This document shows positions 27,452 through 35,849 of a stretch of 64,000 nt of DNA, piece after piece (position 1 is the first letter of the stretch; each line of letters begins with the position of its first letter). The translations under genes were made by a program, and so were the position numbers. The stretch is taken from NCBI GenBank assembly GCA_002415485.1, contig DHYU01000060.1:8181-72180 (forward strand). The letters are read 5' to 3'. Under the pieces are notes generated by a model, which was not told where the DNA came from, made no database searches, and worked only from the letters and a program-made list of their open reading frames with translations. Source of the stretch: Proteobacteria bacterium UBA5122 (GTDB lineage: Bacteria; Pseudomonadota; Gammaproteobacteria; Tenderiales; Tenderiaceae).

Positions 27452-28702
27452 CTAATCACTCCACTTCATCCACGCGATCCAGGCAAAGAAGGCGATTGTT
27501 ACGCCGAGCAGGAGCTTGCTCGGCCAGCGATTGGCATGTACTCCCAACCAGTCGCGCTTGCTATTCATGATCAGCAGCGCGATCGCGAGTAGCGGCAAGA
27601 ATGCGGCGCCGATGATGCCGTAGAACTGTTGCATCTGTTTAAAGCTGACCATCAAACCGAGCATTGGGATGGTCGCCATCGCGATCAGGTAGCCGCGATA
27701 GGGCCAGGCTTGGGTGTCGACGTGGCTGCGACCTTGTTTGCAGATAAACAGTCGATAAACGTCGGCAAACAGATAAGGCACGGCCTGTAGTACGCCGAGC
27801 AGGCTGCTAAATACCGCACCAAAGGCTCCGAGCAGAAACAGCCAGCGGCCAGTTTCGCCCAGCGGCGCTTCGAGTGTGTTGGCGAGGTTGATCAATAAAC
27901 CTGCACCCTTGCCACTGAGTTCGAGGTGACTGCCGATGATGACCATGGCCAGACCGAACAGCGCGGTGAGCGCATAGGCGGTGGTGAGGTCGATGCGGCA
28001 GGTGCGGATGTGTTCGGCTGAGTTGCGACCTTTTTCGCGTATCCAATAGCCGTAGCAGAGGATGGTGAGCGTGCCGCCGACGCCGCCGATCAGTGCGATG
28101 GTCCAATTGATGCCCTTGCCATCTGCATCAGGAATGCTCGGGATGGTGAGGCCTTGTAGCACGGCGCCCGTGCCGGGCCAGAGCAAAATCGCAGTGGTGA
28201 CCACGATGACAAACATCACGGCGATACAGGCGGCCATGACCTTTTCAAATAATTTGAAACCTCCGAGCAAGACCATCGCCAGCGCGATGAGGCTGCAACC
28301 GATGCCGAAGATGACCTTGGCCTGTGATGCATCGTCAAAGATGGGGATCATCGCGTGTAGTGTGACGCCGCAGGCGCTCATGATGGCGGAGCTGACGAAG
28401 AACGACCACAGCAATAAATAGGGCAGGAACAACCACGCGAACACCGGCCCCAGTTTTTGCGCCAGGCCTTCGAGCAGCGTTTGCCCCGTGGCCAGTTGCC
28501 AGCGGGCCAGGCCTTCGGTCAGCACCAGTTTAAATACGCTGCCAACGACGACGGCCCAGAGGATGGCGACGCCGAGATGGCTGCCGGCAAAGCTGGCGGT
28601 GGCAAGGTCACCGGCACCAACGCCCGTGGCGGCGATGAGGATGCCGGGCAGAATGATGGCGAGGATGCTGGGTGATTGAGTGGATGTGTTGCTGTTGGTC
28701 AT
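27452..28702 (-). CDS. NRAMP-related divalent-metal transporter (non-canonical)
   Basis: About 11 TM helices and the 'GVGAGDLATASFAGSHLG...LTEGLARWQLATG' pattern. No canonical DPGN motif is seen. I chose the ATG at 28702, which is preceded by GGAG. Confidence 0.75.
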   Translation of the reverse strand: MTNSNTSTQSPSILAIILPGILIAATGVGAGDLATASFAGSHLGVAILWAVVVGSVFKLVLTEGLARWQLATGQTLLEGLAQKLGPVFAWLFLPYLLLWSFFVSSAIMSACGVTLHAMIPIFDDASQAKVIFGIGCSLIALAMVLLGGFKLFEKVMAACIAVMFVIVVTTAILLWPGTGAVLQGLTIPSIPDADGKGINWTIALIGGVGGTLTILCYGYWIREKGRNSAEHIRTCRIDLTTAYALTALFGLAMVIIGSHLELSGKGAGLLINLANTLEAPLGETGRWLFLLGAFGAVFSSLLGVLQAVPYLFADVYRLFICKQGRSHVDTQAWPYRGYLIAMATIPMLGLMVSFKQMQQFYGIIGAAFLPLLAIALLIMNSKRDWLGVHANRWPSKLLLGVTIAFFAWIAWMKWSD

Positions 28703-28735
28703 GAGCGGCTCCAAGAGTCGATGCAATGAGCTGCG

Positions 28736-28999
28736 TCACGTGTCCTGAGTTTTGTTTGCTTCTGCGATGCGTTGTTTGATCTTGTTTTTGGCCGCGTCGG
28801 ACAAACAGTCGTCGCAGTGGTGGTCGATGTGTTGTTCCAGCTTGGGCCCGATTTTGCGAAACAGCTGCATTTGCTGGGTAAAGTTGGTGCAGTTCTTACA
28901 GATGAACAGGTGCAGGCGCAGGCTGAGGCGCTGTATTACGCTCAGTTTGCGATCGAGTTGTTGTGAGATAAGGGCGGAGGCCTCTTTGCAGTTGAGCAT
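28736..28999 (-). CDS. soluble zinc-binding anti-sigma factor (zf-HC2/ZAS)
   Basis: 87 aa with no TM helix. It has an HxxxCxxC motif ('HLFICKNC'), an N-terminal Cys and an extra 'HHCDDC'. It lies directly downstream of the ECF sigma gene. Confidence 0.7.
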   Translation of the reverse strand: MLNCKEASALISQQLDRKLSVIQRLSLRLHLFICKNCTNFTQQMQLFRKIGPKLEQHIDHHCDDCLSDAAKNKIKQRIAEANKTQDT

Positions 29000-29008
29000 G
29001 ATTCCCCC

Positions 29009-29581
29009 CTATGTCTTTGCGGTGCCAAACCAGTTCAGGTCCAGGCATTCACGCAGATGCATGCGCATGCGCGACAGCATGGTCCACAGGTTATTGGTCG
29101 AGCTCAACTCCATTTCCTGACAGATGCGATCGCTGTCGAGGCCGTCGAGTTCGCGCAGGATAAACAGGGTCGCCATGCGTTTGGGTAGTTTCTCGACGCA
29201 CTGATTCAGTGTCTGCCAGAACTGTTGCTGGTCGAGGCTGGCGTCCGGGTTGTTCCAGCGGTCGATGTCGAATTTCCAGTGACCGGTGCCGTCGAAGCTT
29301 TCTTCGATGATGTCATCAAAGCCGATCTGGTCTTCATCGTGGGCGCGTTCGCGCACGGCCTTGCGGATGTGATCAACGATCTTGTTCTTGAGTATGCTGA
29401 TCATCCAGGTCTTTTCCGAGGCGTTGCCAGCAAAATTGTGCTGGGCCTTGAGCGCTGCCAAGAATGTTTCCTGCACCATTTCTTCGGCCAGCATCTCATC
29501 GCGCAGCCGATAATTGGCATGGCGAAACAAGATGTCGCCATACTTGTCGAGCCAGGTGTTGGGATCGGAAAGTGTATGCAT
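29009..29581 (-). CDS. ECF (group IV) sigma-70 family sigma factor
   Basis: It has region 2 ('EEMVQETFLAAL') and region 4 ('FILRELDGLDSDRICQEMELSSTNLWTMLSRMR'). Confidence 0.9.
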   Translation of the reverse strand: MHTLSDPNTWLDKYGDILFRHANYRLRDEMLAEEMVQETFLAALKAQHNFAGNASEKTWMISILKNKIVDHIRKAVRERAHDEDQIGFDDIIEESFDGTGHWKFDIDRWNNPDASLDQQQFWQTLNQCVEKLPKRMATLFILRELDGLDSDRICQEMELSSTNNLWTMLSRMRMHLRECLDLNWFGTAKT

Positions 29582-29605
29582 GGGGGTGCATGCTATCAGC
29601 CTTTA

Positions 29606-31033
29606 TCATCCGCGCAAACCGAAGATTCGTTTGATCCATTTTTTCGCGTTGGGCGTGAGGCCTTCCTTCATACGCGCATCGGCGACGCGACGATTGATCT
29701 GCGCCAGCGTCGGGTAGATGTGGATCACGCTCGACAGGTCGCTGGCCTTCATGCCCTTGGCGATGGCGAGCACGTATTCGTGGATCAACTCGCCGGCATG
29801 GGGGCCGACGATGGCGGCGCCCAATAACTTGCCTTTGGGCGTGGTGATGATCTTGGCGAAGCCCTCGGTGGTGCCGTCGGCACGGGCGCGGTCCATGTCC
29901 TGAAACGGAAAGGCGTAGACGCGATGCTCGATGCCCTGGTGTTTGGCCTCGGTCTCCGACAGGCCGACACGCGCCAGCTCGGGGTCGCTGAAGGTTGCCC
30001 AGGGCACGTTTTGGGTCTGTGCCTTTGCCGGCAGGCGGAAGATCGCATTGCGCAGCACGACGCCGGCGTGGTGCTCGGCCATGTGGGTGAACTGATGGCC
30101 GCCGACCACATCACCTGCGGCGTAGATGTGTTTTTGGCTGGTGCGCAGACGGGCGTCGGTGACCAGCCGGCCATCCTGTAGTGCGACGCCAGCGGCCTCC
30201 AGGCCCAGCTGCTCGACATTGGGTCTGCGACCGGCGGCGATCAGCAGTTTGTCGGCGCGGATGGTTTTGCTGGCGCCGTTGGCGTCGGTGAGCTGTAACT
30301 CGATCACGCCGTGGCTATCCTGGACCTGCTCGGGGCTGTGGTTCAGCAATAATTCGACGCCTTCCTCGCGCAGCCGTTCGGCCACCACGGCGGCCATGTC
30401 GGCGTCTTCCTTGGGCAGGATCTGTGGGCCGCGTTGCACCAGATAGACCTTGCTGCCGAGACGGCTGAAGGCCTGGGCCAGTTCGACACCGATCGGGCCG
30501 CCGCCGAGCACGATCATGCTGTCGACATTGTCGCGCAGATCGAAGACCTGCTCGTTGGTCAGGTAATCGACCGAGTCGATGCCAGGGATGTCCGGGATCG
30601 CCGGCCGGGAGCCGGTGGCGATGACGAAGCGTTTGGCCGTGATGTCGCGGCCGTTGACGTGAAAGGTGTGTGGATCGGTGAAACGCCCGGCGCCGAGAAT
30701 GACATCGACACCGAGGCTGCGGAAACGCTCGGGGCTGTCGTGAGGCTCGATGGTCTTGATCACATCGGCGACCCGCTCCATCACCGGCCCCAGCTGGGGG
30801 CTGATGGGGCTGGCCGGCAGGGCGTAGCGGCCGGCATCGCGGATGGTATGGGCTACTTTGGCCGATTGCAGCAGGGTTTTGCTGGGGACGCAGCCGTAGT
30901 TGAGGCAGTCGCCGCCCATTTTATGCTTCTCGACCAGCGCCACCTTGGCCCCCAGCGTGGCCCCCCCGGCGGCGACCACCAGCCCGGCGGCGCCGCCGCC
31001 GATGACGCAGATGTCGAATACTATTTTAGGCAT
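29606..31033 (-). CDS. FAD-dependent pyridine nucleotide-disulfide oxidoreductase (Lpd/MerA-like core)
   Basis: It has 'DICVIGGGAAG' and the redox-active 'GGDCLNYGCVPSK'. The C-terminus has a dimerisation-domain 'HIYPT' motif. There is no HMA domain and no C-terminal Cys pair. The ATG is at 31033. Confidence 0.85.
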   Translation of the reverse strand: MPKIVFDICVIGGGAAGLVVAAGGATLGAKVALVEKHKMGGDCLNYGCVPSKTLLQSAKVAHTIRDAGRYALPASPISPQLGPVMERVADVIKTIEPHDSPERFRSLGVDVILGAGRFTDPHTFHVNGRDITAKRFVIATGSRPAIPDIPGIDSVDYLTNEQVFDLRDNVDSMIVLGGGPIGVELAQAFSRLGSKVYLVQRGPQILPKEDADMAAVVAERLREEGVELLLNHSPEQVQDSHGVIELQLTDANGASKTIRADKLLIAAGRRPNVEQLGLEAAGVALQDGRLVTDARLRTSQKHIYAAGDVVGGHQFTHMAEHHAGVVLRNAIFRLPAKAQTQNVPWATFSDPELARVGLSETEAKHQGIEHRVYAFPFQDMDRARADGTTEGFAKIITTPKGKLLGAAIVGPHAGELIHEYVLAIAKGMKASDLSSVIHIYPTLAQINRRVADARMKEGLTPNAKKWIKRIFGLRG

Positions 31034-31147
31034 GGATTGATTCCCTTCAGGTATACTTAGCAAACGTAGGTTATTTCCATCTTGGTCGATCGTACTGCAT
31101 AAACCTTACAGTGCGTTTCGGTGTTTGCAACATTTTGAGGTAGTACT

Positions 31148-32341
31148 ATGGATGAACTGACAAAGTCTAAAGCTCGGTTCGATAATAGTGGGCTTTGGTC
31201 TTATCTGCAGGCCATGGCCGATGCCAATGCCTCGGATTTGTTTATTACCGTTGGCAAACCTCCATGTTTTAAAGTGGATGGTCGGGTTGTTCCCTTCAGT
31301 ACTCAGCCCTTGACCTCAGATCAGGTCAACAAACTCGCCTTTGCCACCATGAGCCTGGAGCAGGGCGATGAGTTTCGGCGAGAGCTTGAGTCCAATTTTG
31401 CAATTAGTCGACCGGGTATCGGCCGTTTCCGGGTCAATGTGTTCAGGCAGCTGAACGAGACGGGGCTGGTCGTGCGGCGGATCAAGGATGCGATTCCAAC
31501 CTTGGCAGAGCTGGGCCTGCCGGCAAGTGTTGAGTCGCTCGCCATGGCCAAGCGTGGGCTGGTCATTTTTGTGGGGGCGACAGGGGTGGGTAAGTCGACC
31601 TCCCTCGCAGCGATGGTGGGGCATCGTAACCGCAGCAGCGAAGGGCATATTGTCTGTGTTGAAGATCCTGTGGAATTTGTTCATCACCATGCGGGCTGTA
31701 TCGTCACGCAGCGAGAGGTCGGTATCGATACCCATTCTTATGAACATGCACTGCAGAACATGCTGCGCCAGGCACCGGATGTGGTCATGATCGGTGAGGT
31801 GCGTAGCCGCGAGACGATGGAGCATGCGATCACCTTCGCTGAAACAGGCCATCTGGTGTTGACTACCTTGCATGCCACCAATACCAATCAGGCATTGGAC
31901 CGGATCCTCAACTTTTTCCCCAGTGATCGCCGTCAGCAATTGTTGATGGATCTATCCCTGAATCTGAGGGCTATTGTTGGGCAGCGGCTGCTGCCAGCAG
32001 TGGCCAGCAATGGCCGTAAGCTGGCGGTGGAGTTGATGCTGAATTCACCCTATATCGCTGATCTCATTTTGCGTGGCGATATCCCGTCCATTCGTGAGGC
32101 GATGAAAAAATCAACGTTGCAGCAGATGTGTACGTTTGATGATTCTATCCATGCATTGTATGAGGCCGGTGAGATCACTGCCGAAGATGCGGTGCATTAC
32201 GCGGATTCGCCGAACAATCTGCGACTGATGATCAAGTTGGGGCGGCGTTTTAATCCGGAGGCTGAGCTATTGCGCGGGCAGATGGTGGAACGTGGAGACA
32301 GTGCTGCCCGTCATTACCCGCAGCGACATACACATTCGTAA
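31148..32341 (+). CDS. pilU: PilT/PilU-family type IVa pilus retraction ATPase (PilU-like)
   Basis: It has 'ASDLFITVGKPPCFKVDGR', Walker A 'GATGVGKST', Walker B 'VVMIGEVR' and the His box 'GHLVLTTLHATN'. Confidence 0.8.
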   Translation: MDELTKSKARFDNSGLWSYLQAMADANASDLFITVGKPPCFKVDGRVVPFSTQPLTSDQVNKLAFATMSLEQGDEFRRELESNFAISRPGIGRFRVNVFRQLNETGLVVRRIKDAIPTLAELGLPASVESLAMAKRGLVIFVGATGVGKSTSLAAMVGHRNRSSEGHIVCVEDPVEFVHHHAGCIVTQREVGIDTHSYEHALQNMLRQAPDVVMIGEVRSRETMEHAITFAETGHLVLTTLHATNTNQALDRILNFFPSDRRQQLLMDLSLNLRAIVGQRLLPAVASNGRKLAVELMLNSPYIADLILRGDIPSIREAMKKSTLQQMCTFDDSIHALYEAGEITAEDAVHYADSPNNLRLMIKLGRRFNPEAELLRGQMVERGDSAARHYPQRHTHS

Positions 32342-32346
32342 CGCTT

Positions 32347-32373
32347 GCGCCCTTGTATCCAGGGGCGCTTTTT
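32347..32373 (+). terminator. rho-independent terminator of pilU
   Basis: GCGCCC-10 nt-GGGCGC followed by TTTTT, 6 nt after the stop. Confidence 0.7.
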
Positions 32374-32578
32374 CATCCGAGTAGTCTCTACACTACGACC
32401 TTCCTTTACCAGACATCCCCTGATGTAAATTTTTTTTAACATTCCATGAGGGGATCCGTCGTGGATCAGCGCTTATCACAGTAAGGGCAACATCTGAGTT
32501 CGAAAATCTCTCGAAGCAGGTGTTGGTGATCTGGACAAAAGCGGCCAAATTCGAAGACACGGCTTTGGCGGATACGGG

Positions 32579-33379
32579 GTGAATATAATGAACACGGGGA
32601 TGATGAAAGGCGTAACACTGGCGTTTGGATTGGCATTGTCATCGGTGGCCAGCGCCGGGCAGATGTTGTGGGTCGGTGATGAACATGGAAACCTGGGCAC
32701 GGTTGATATCGCAACCGGCGCGGTAAATGTCATCGGTAACATGGGAACGGCGATGACGGACATCGCCTTTGACAATCATGGCAATCTCTACGGCATCACG
32801 TTCAACTCGCTGTTTAGGATCGATACCGCCACTGCAGGCATAACCCATATCGGTCAGCATACGCTGGGGGTGGGGGCAAAGAATTCTCTGGAATTTGGTG
32901 CCGACGGCACGCTGTATGCCGCGAGTGACGCCTTGTATTCACTCGATGTAGGCACTGGCGCAGCCTCACGCATCGGTAATGGGGGGGCGGCATATCAATC
33001 ATCGGGTGATCTGGCCTTTGTCGGCGGTGATATGTATCTCAGCTCGGCCGGTATCTCCGACAGCCTGATGCGCGTGGATGCAGCAACGGGGGTGGCGACA
33101 TTGATCGGTGATTTGGGCTTTAACGCCGTCTATGGTCTGGCCACTGATCTGGAAAACAATCTCTGGGGACTATCCGGTACAAGCATTCTGTCGATCAACA
33201 CCCTCACTGGTGCGGCTTCTTTTGTGTTGGATTATGCCGGTTCCGGCCTCGGCCAGGCCTGGGGTTCGGCCTTCTTTGAAAGACCTGGCACTGTGCCAGA
33301 ACCATCTGCCTTGTTGATGATGAGCGCAGGGCTGCTGGGCCTGGGTTACATGCGCAAGCGTAAAACACTCTCCGTTTAA
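32579..33379 (+). CDS. PEP-CTERM-anchored repeat (propeller-like) protein
   Basis: It has a signal peptide, then about five repeats of 'L..ID..TG.a..IG'. The C-terminus is 'VPEPSALLMMSAGLLGLGYMRKRK', a PEP-CTERM sorting signal. Confidence 0.75.
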   Translation: MNIMNTGMMKGVTLAFGLALSSVASAGQMLWVGDEHGNLGTVDIATGAVNVIGNMGTAMTDIAFDNHGNLYGITFNSLFRIDTATAGITHIGQHTLGVGAKNSLEFGADGTLYAASDALYSLDVGTGAASRIGNGGAAYQSSGDLAFVGGDMYLSSAGISDSLMRVDAATGVATLIGDLGFNAVYGLATDLENNLWGLSGTSILSINTLTGAASFVLDYAGSGLGQAWGSAFFERPGTVPEPSALLMMSAGLLGLGYMRKRKTLSV

Positions 33380-33464
33380 ACAGCATCGTGTGTGTCCATA
33401 GTCGCGGCGGATATCCGCTGCCTGGATACGCACGCCCTAAAAAAGCTTATAGAGGATAAATCAA

Positions 33465-34637
33465 ATGTCCATTTTCAAATTATCAGCGCGGGATCTCAAT
33501 GCGGTTGTGCTGGGTATCACGCTGTCGTTGGCGGCAGCACCGGGTGTGTTGCTGGCACAATCGGTAGACTTCGATGGTGACGGCATTCCTGATGTGGTGG
33601 ATATCGATGACGATAACGACGGCATACTCGATATCGATGAAGGCGGCGGTGCGCGTGACACCGATGGTGATCTCTTTGATGACTCACGTGATTGGGACAG
33701 CGACGGTGATGGCATCTTTGACGTGGTCGAGGCCGGCGCGAATGGCCCCGCCTTGGACCTGAATCAGGATGGCATGATCGACCTGTCATTCCCCGTCGGC
33801 GCCAATGGTCTGGCCAATTTCATCGAGATCGGTGATGAATCCGGCTTGGTGGATTACAACGGCGATGGCGTTTCAGATCTGCCACGGCAGACCGATCGCG
33901 ACGAAGTACCAGACTTTGTCGATCTCGATTCGGATAACGATACCGCTCTCGACTTCACTGAATCCGGCGGCAACAGTTTGCTGCCTGTTGATAGCGATGG
34001 CGATGGCGTCGCTGATTACCGTGACCTTGATTCCGATAACGACGGCATCCCGGATATCCGCGAAGTGAAGGGTGTGATGGATAACTCTATTTTTGTCATC
34101 GATCCGATCCTGGATGTGAATGTCGATGGCCTGGATGACAACGTGGCTGCGTCACCTTCACCGGTGCCTGACAGCGAGCTGGATGGCACACCGGATTACC
34201 TCGATCTCAATTCTGACAACGACCCCCTAAATGACGTGATTGAGGCCGGTTCGGTCGATGTCGATGGCGACAATGTTGTTGATGGCCAGGTGGATCTGAA
34301 TGGCAACGGTTATCACGATTACTTTGAGGTGTTACCGCTGCCGGTGCCTGATGTCGACAGTGATGGCATTGAAGATTTCAGAGAGCCGAATGGTGATGCT
34401 CCACCACCGCCGCCATGTGTGCATAACTGTGAAGACACTGAGGTGCCAGTTGATACAGGGACGCACTCTGCAGCGAAAAACAATGTTCAAACGGGTTTGG
34501 AAGGTGTAGGTGGTTGCAGCGTCAATCCGAATGCAGCATTTGATCCATTATTGCCATTGATGACGAGCATGTTATTGCTACATGCGTTCAGACATCGTAT
34601 CGCCAGCGTTGCGCGCAAGCTGATCAAAGGAAACTAA
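33465..34637 (+). CDS. thrombospondin type-3-like Ca2+-binding repeat protein with a C-terminal hydrophobic sorting-like tail
   Basis: It has many 'DxDxDGxxDxxD' units ('DFDGDGIPDVVDIDDDNDGILDIDE', 'DSDNDGIPD'). The tail is 'GGCSVNPNAAFDPLLPLMTSMLLLHAFRHR'. Confidence 0.75.
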   Translation: MSIFKLSARDLNAVVLGITLSLAAAPGVLLAQSVDFDGDGIPDVVDIDDDNDGILDIDEGGGARDTDGDLFDDSRDWDSDGDGIFDVVEAGANGPALDLNQDGMIDLSFPVGANGLANFIEIGDESGLVDYNGDGVSDLPRQTDRDEVPDFVDLDSDNDTALDFTESGGNSLLPVDSDGDGVADYRDLDSDNDGIPDIREVKGVMDNSIFVIDPILDVNVDGLDDNVAASPSPVPDSELDGTPDYLDLNSDNDPLNDVIEAGSVDVDGDNVVDGQVDLNGNGYHDYFEVLPLPVPDVDSDGIEDFREPNGDAPPPPPCVHNCEDTEVPVDTGTHSAAKNNVQTGLEGVGGCSVNPNAAFDPLLPLMTSMLLLHAFRHRIASVARKLIKGN

Positions 34638-34639
34638 TC

Positions 34640-35734
34640 ATGAAGACCTCAAACGTAAAAACTTCTTTGTCGGCCCTGAGCCTGGCGTTGGGTATCGGTT
34701 TAGCGCTGCCTGTGGCCGCCAGCTCGGATATGAATGGCAATGATCTGCCTGCCTGGTACGGTGGCCTGGGGATCGGTGTGTCCAACCTGGAGCCGGACAC
34801 CAACAACAGCGGTTATAGCCTGGATGATACGCGTGATACTGGCTGGCGCCTGTTCCTGGGCTATGACCACAGCGACAAACTCAGCTTTGAAGGTTATTAC
34901 TCTGATCAAGGCGAAGTAACCTTGGCCTCCAATGGCAGCATCGCCTATCAGGACTTTGGAGCCGGTGCGCTTTATCGTTTTATCGGTGGTAACTATGATC
35001 GCCAAGGTGTGGATGTCTTCGCCAAGGCAGGCTTAGGCTTTATGAAGAACAGTAGCGACATCCATTATGAGCGTGTTAATGATCATCACGTCTATTTTGG
35101 TGCCGGTGTTGCCTATGCCTTAAACGAGCGTTACACCTTGCGCGCCGATGTCGATCTGTATGACAAGGACTCGCAGTTCTACACCATCAGCATTGCGCGT
35201 TATTTTGGTGAACACAAAAAGACGGCCTATCGTGTCGTCGAGCCTAAACAGGAACAATTGGCTATCGTGGTGGAGCCACGTGAACCGGTGATGCCGCCAG
35301 TGATGCCACCAGAAGAACCCAGCGTAGAGGTGAAAAATGCGGACTGTTTGAATGCAATCTCCAGCGCTGCTTTAAGCACGGATGGTTGTGTGTTGACGCT
35401 GGAGAATATCAATTTTGAATTTGATTCGGCCGAGTTGAAGAACAATGCCAAGAACCTGCTCGATGACCTGGCGCAAAAGCTTCGCCCCAGTGCCAAGTAC
35501 AAGCTGAATGTGTCGGGCCATACCGACATCATCGGTTCGCGTGAATACAACCTGGGGCTATCGCAAAACCGTGCCCAGTCAGTGAAAGGTTATCTGGTCG
35601 ACAATGGCATCGAAGGTTCGGAGATCGCAGTTGAGGCGCATGCCTTTGATATCCCGGTCGCCGATAACAGCAGTGCCTATGGCCGCGCCAAGAATCGTCG
35701 TGTTGAAGTGAAGATTATTGAGCTGGTCGAATAA
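34640..35734 (+). CDS. OmpA-family outer-membrane protein (beta-barrel + Pro-rich linker + OmpA domain)
   Basis: It has a signal peptide, alternating beta-strand pattern, the linker 'PVMPPVMPPEEP', and a C-terminal 'VSGHTDIIGSREYNLGLSQNRA...NRRVEV'. Confidence 0.85.
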   Translation: MKTSNVKTSLSALSLALGIGLALPVAASSDMNGNDLPAWYGGLGIGVSNLEPDTNNSGYSLDDTRDTGWRLFLGYDHSDKLSFEGYYSDQGEVTLASNGSIAYQDFGAGALYRFIGGNYDRQGVDVFAKAGLGFMKNSSDIHYERVNDHHVYFGAGVAYALNERYTLRADVDLYDKDSQFYTISIARYFGEHKKTAYRVVEPKQEQLAIVVEPREPVMPPVMPPEEPSVEVKNADCLNAISSAALSTDGCVLTLENINFEFDSAELKNNAKNLLDDLAQKLRPSAKYKLNVSGHTDIIGSREYNLGLSQNRAQSVKGYLVDNGIEGSEIAVEAHAFDIPVADNSSAYGRAKNRRVEVKIIELVE

Positions 35735-35770
35735 GACGCTGCAATGGCCGGATGCGTGAGCAGGTGTCGT

Positions 35771-35806
35771 AAAAAAAAGGGGGGATGTTTTACATCCCCC
35801 CTTTTT
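35771..35806. terminator. bidirectional rho-independent terminator
   Basis: A8-GGGGGGATGT-ttt-ACATCCCCCC-T5. It lies between the convergent OmpA-family and decarboxylase genes. Confidence 0.75.
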
Positions 35807-35849
35807 CTATTTGCATCATCAATGATGTAGTGTGGGTCAGTGAACTCAA

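Noticed and set aside
31064-31147. Sigma54-like TGGTCGATCGTACTGCA upstream of pilU.
   Set aside because: The GG-to-GC spacing is 11 nt instead of 10, so it does not fit the -24/-12 geometry.
32466-32714. Minus-strand ORF whose C-terminus 'FCPDHQHLLREIFELRCCPYCDKR' looks like a zinc-ribbon.
   Set aside because: No plausible start codon or RBS precedes the Cys-rich part. The upstream two-thirds overlaps the PEP-CTERM gene start in antisense and is Pro/Ser/Arg-rich.
33570-34370. Periodic DNA repeats in the 33.5-34.4 kb and 2.7-3.4 kb regions, considered as possible CRISPR or satellite arrays.
   Set aside because: Both lie inside long ORFs. They encode protein repeats (TSP3 DxDxDG units and the 48-aa solenoid units) with a diverged nucleotide sequence and no spacer/repeat structure.
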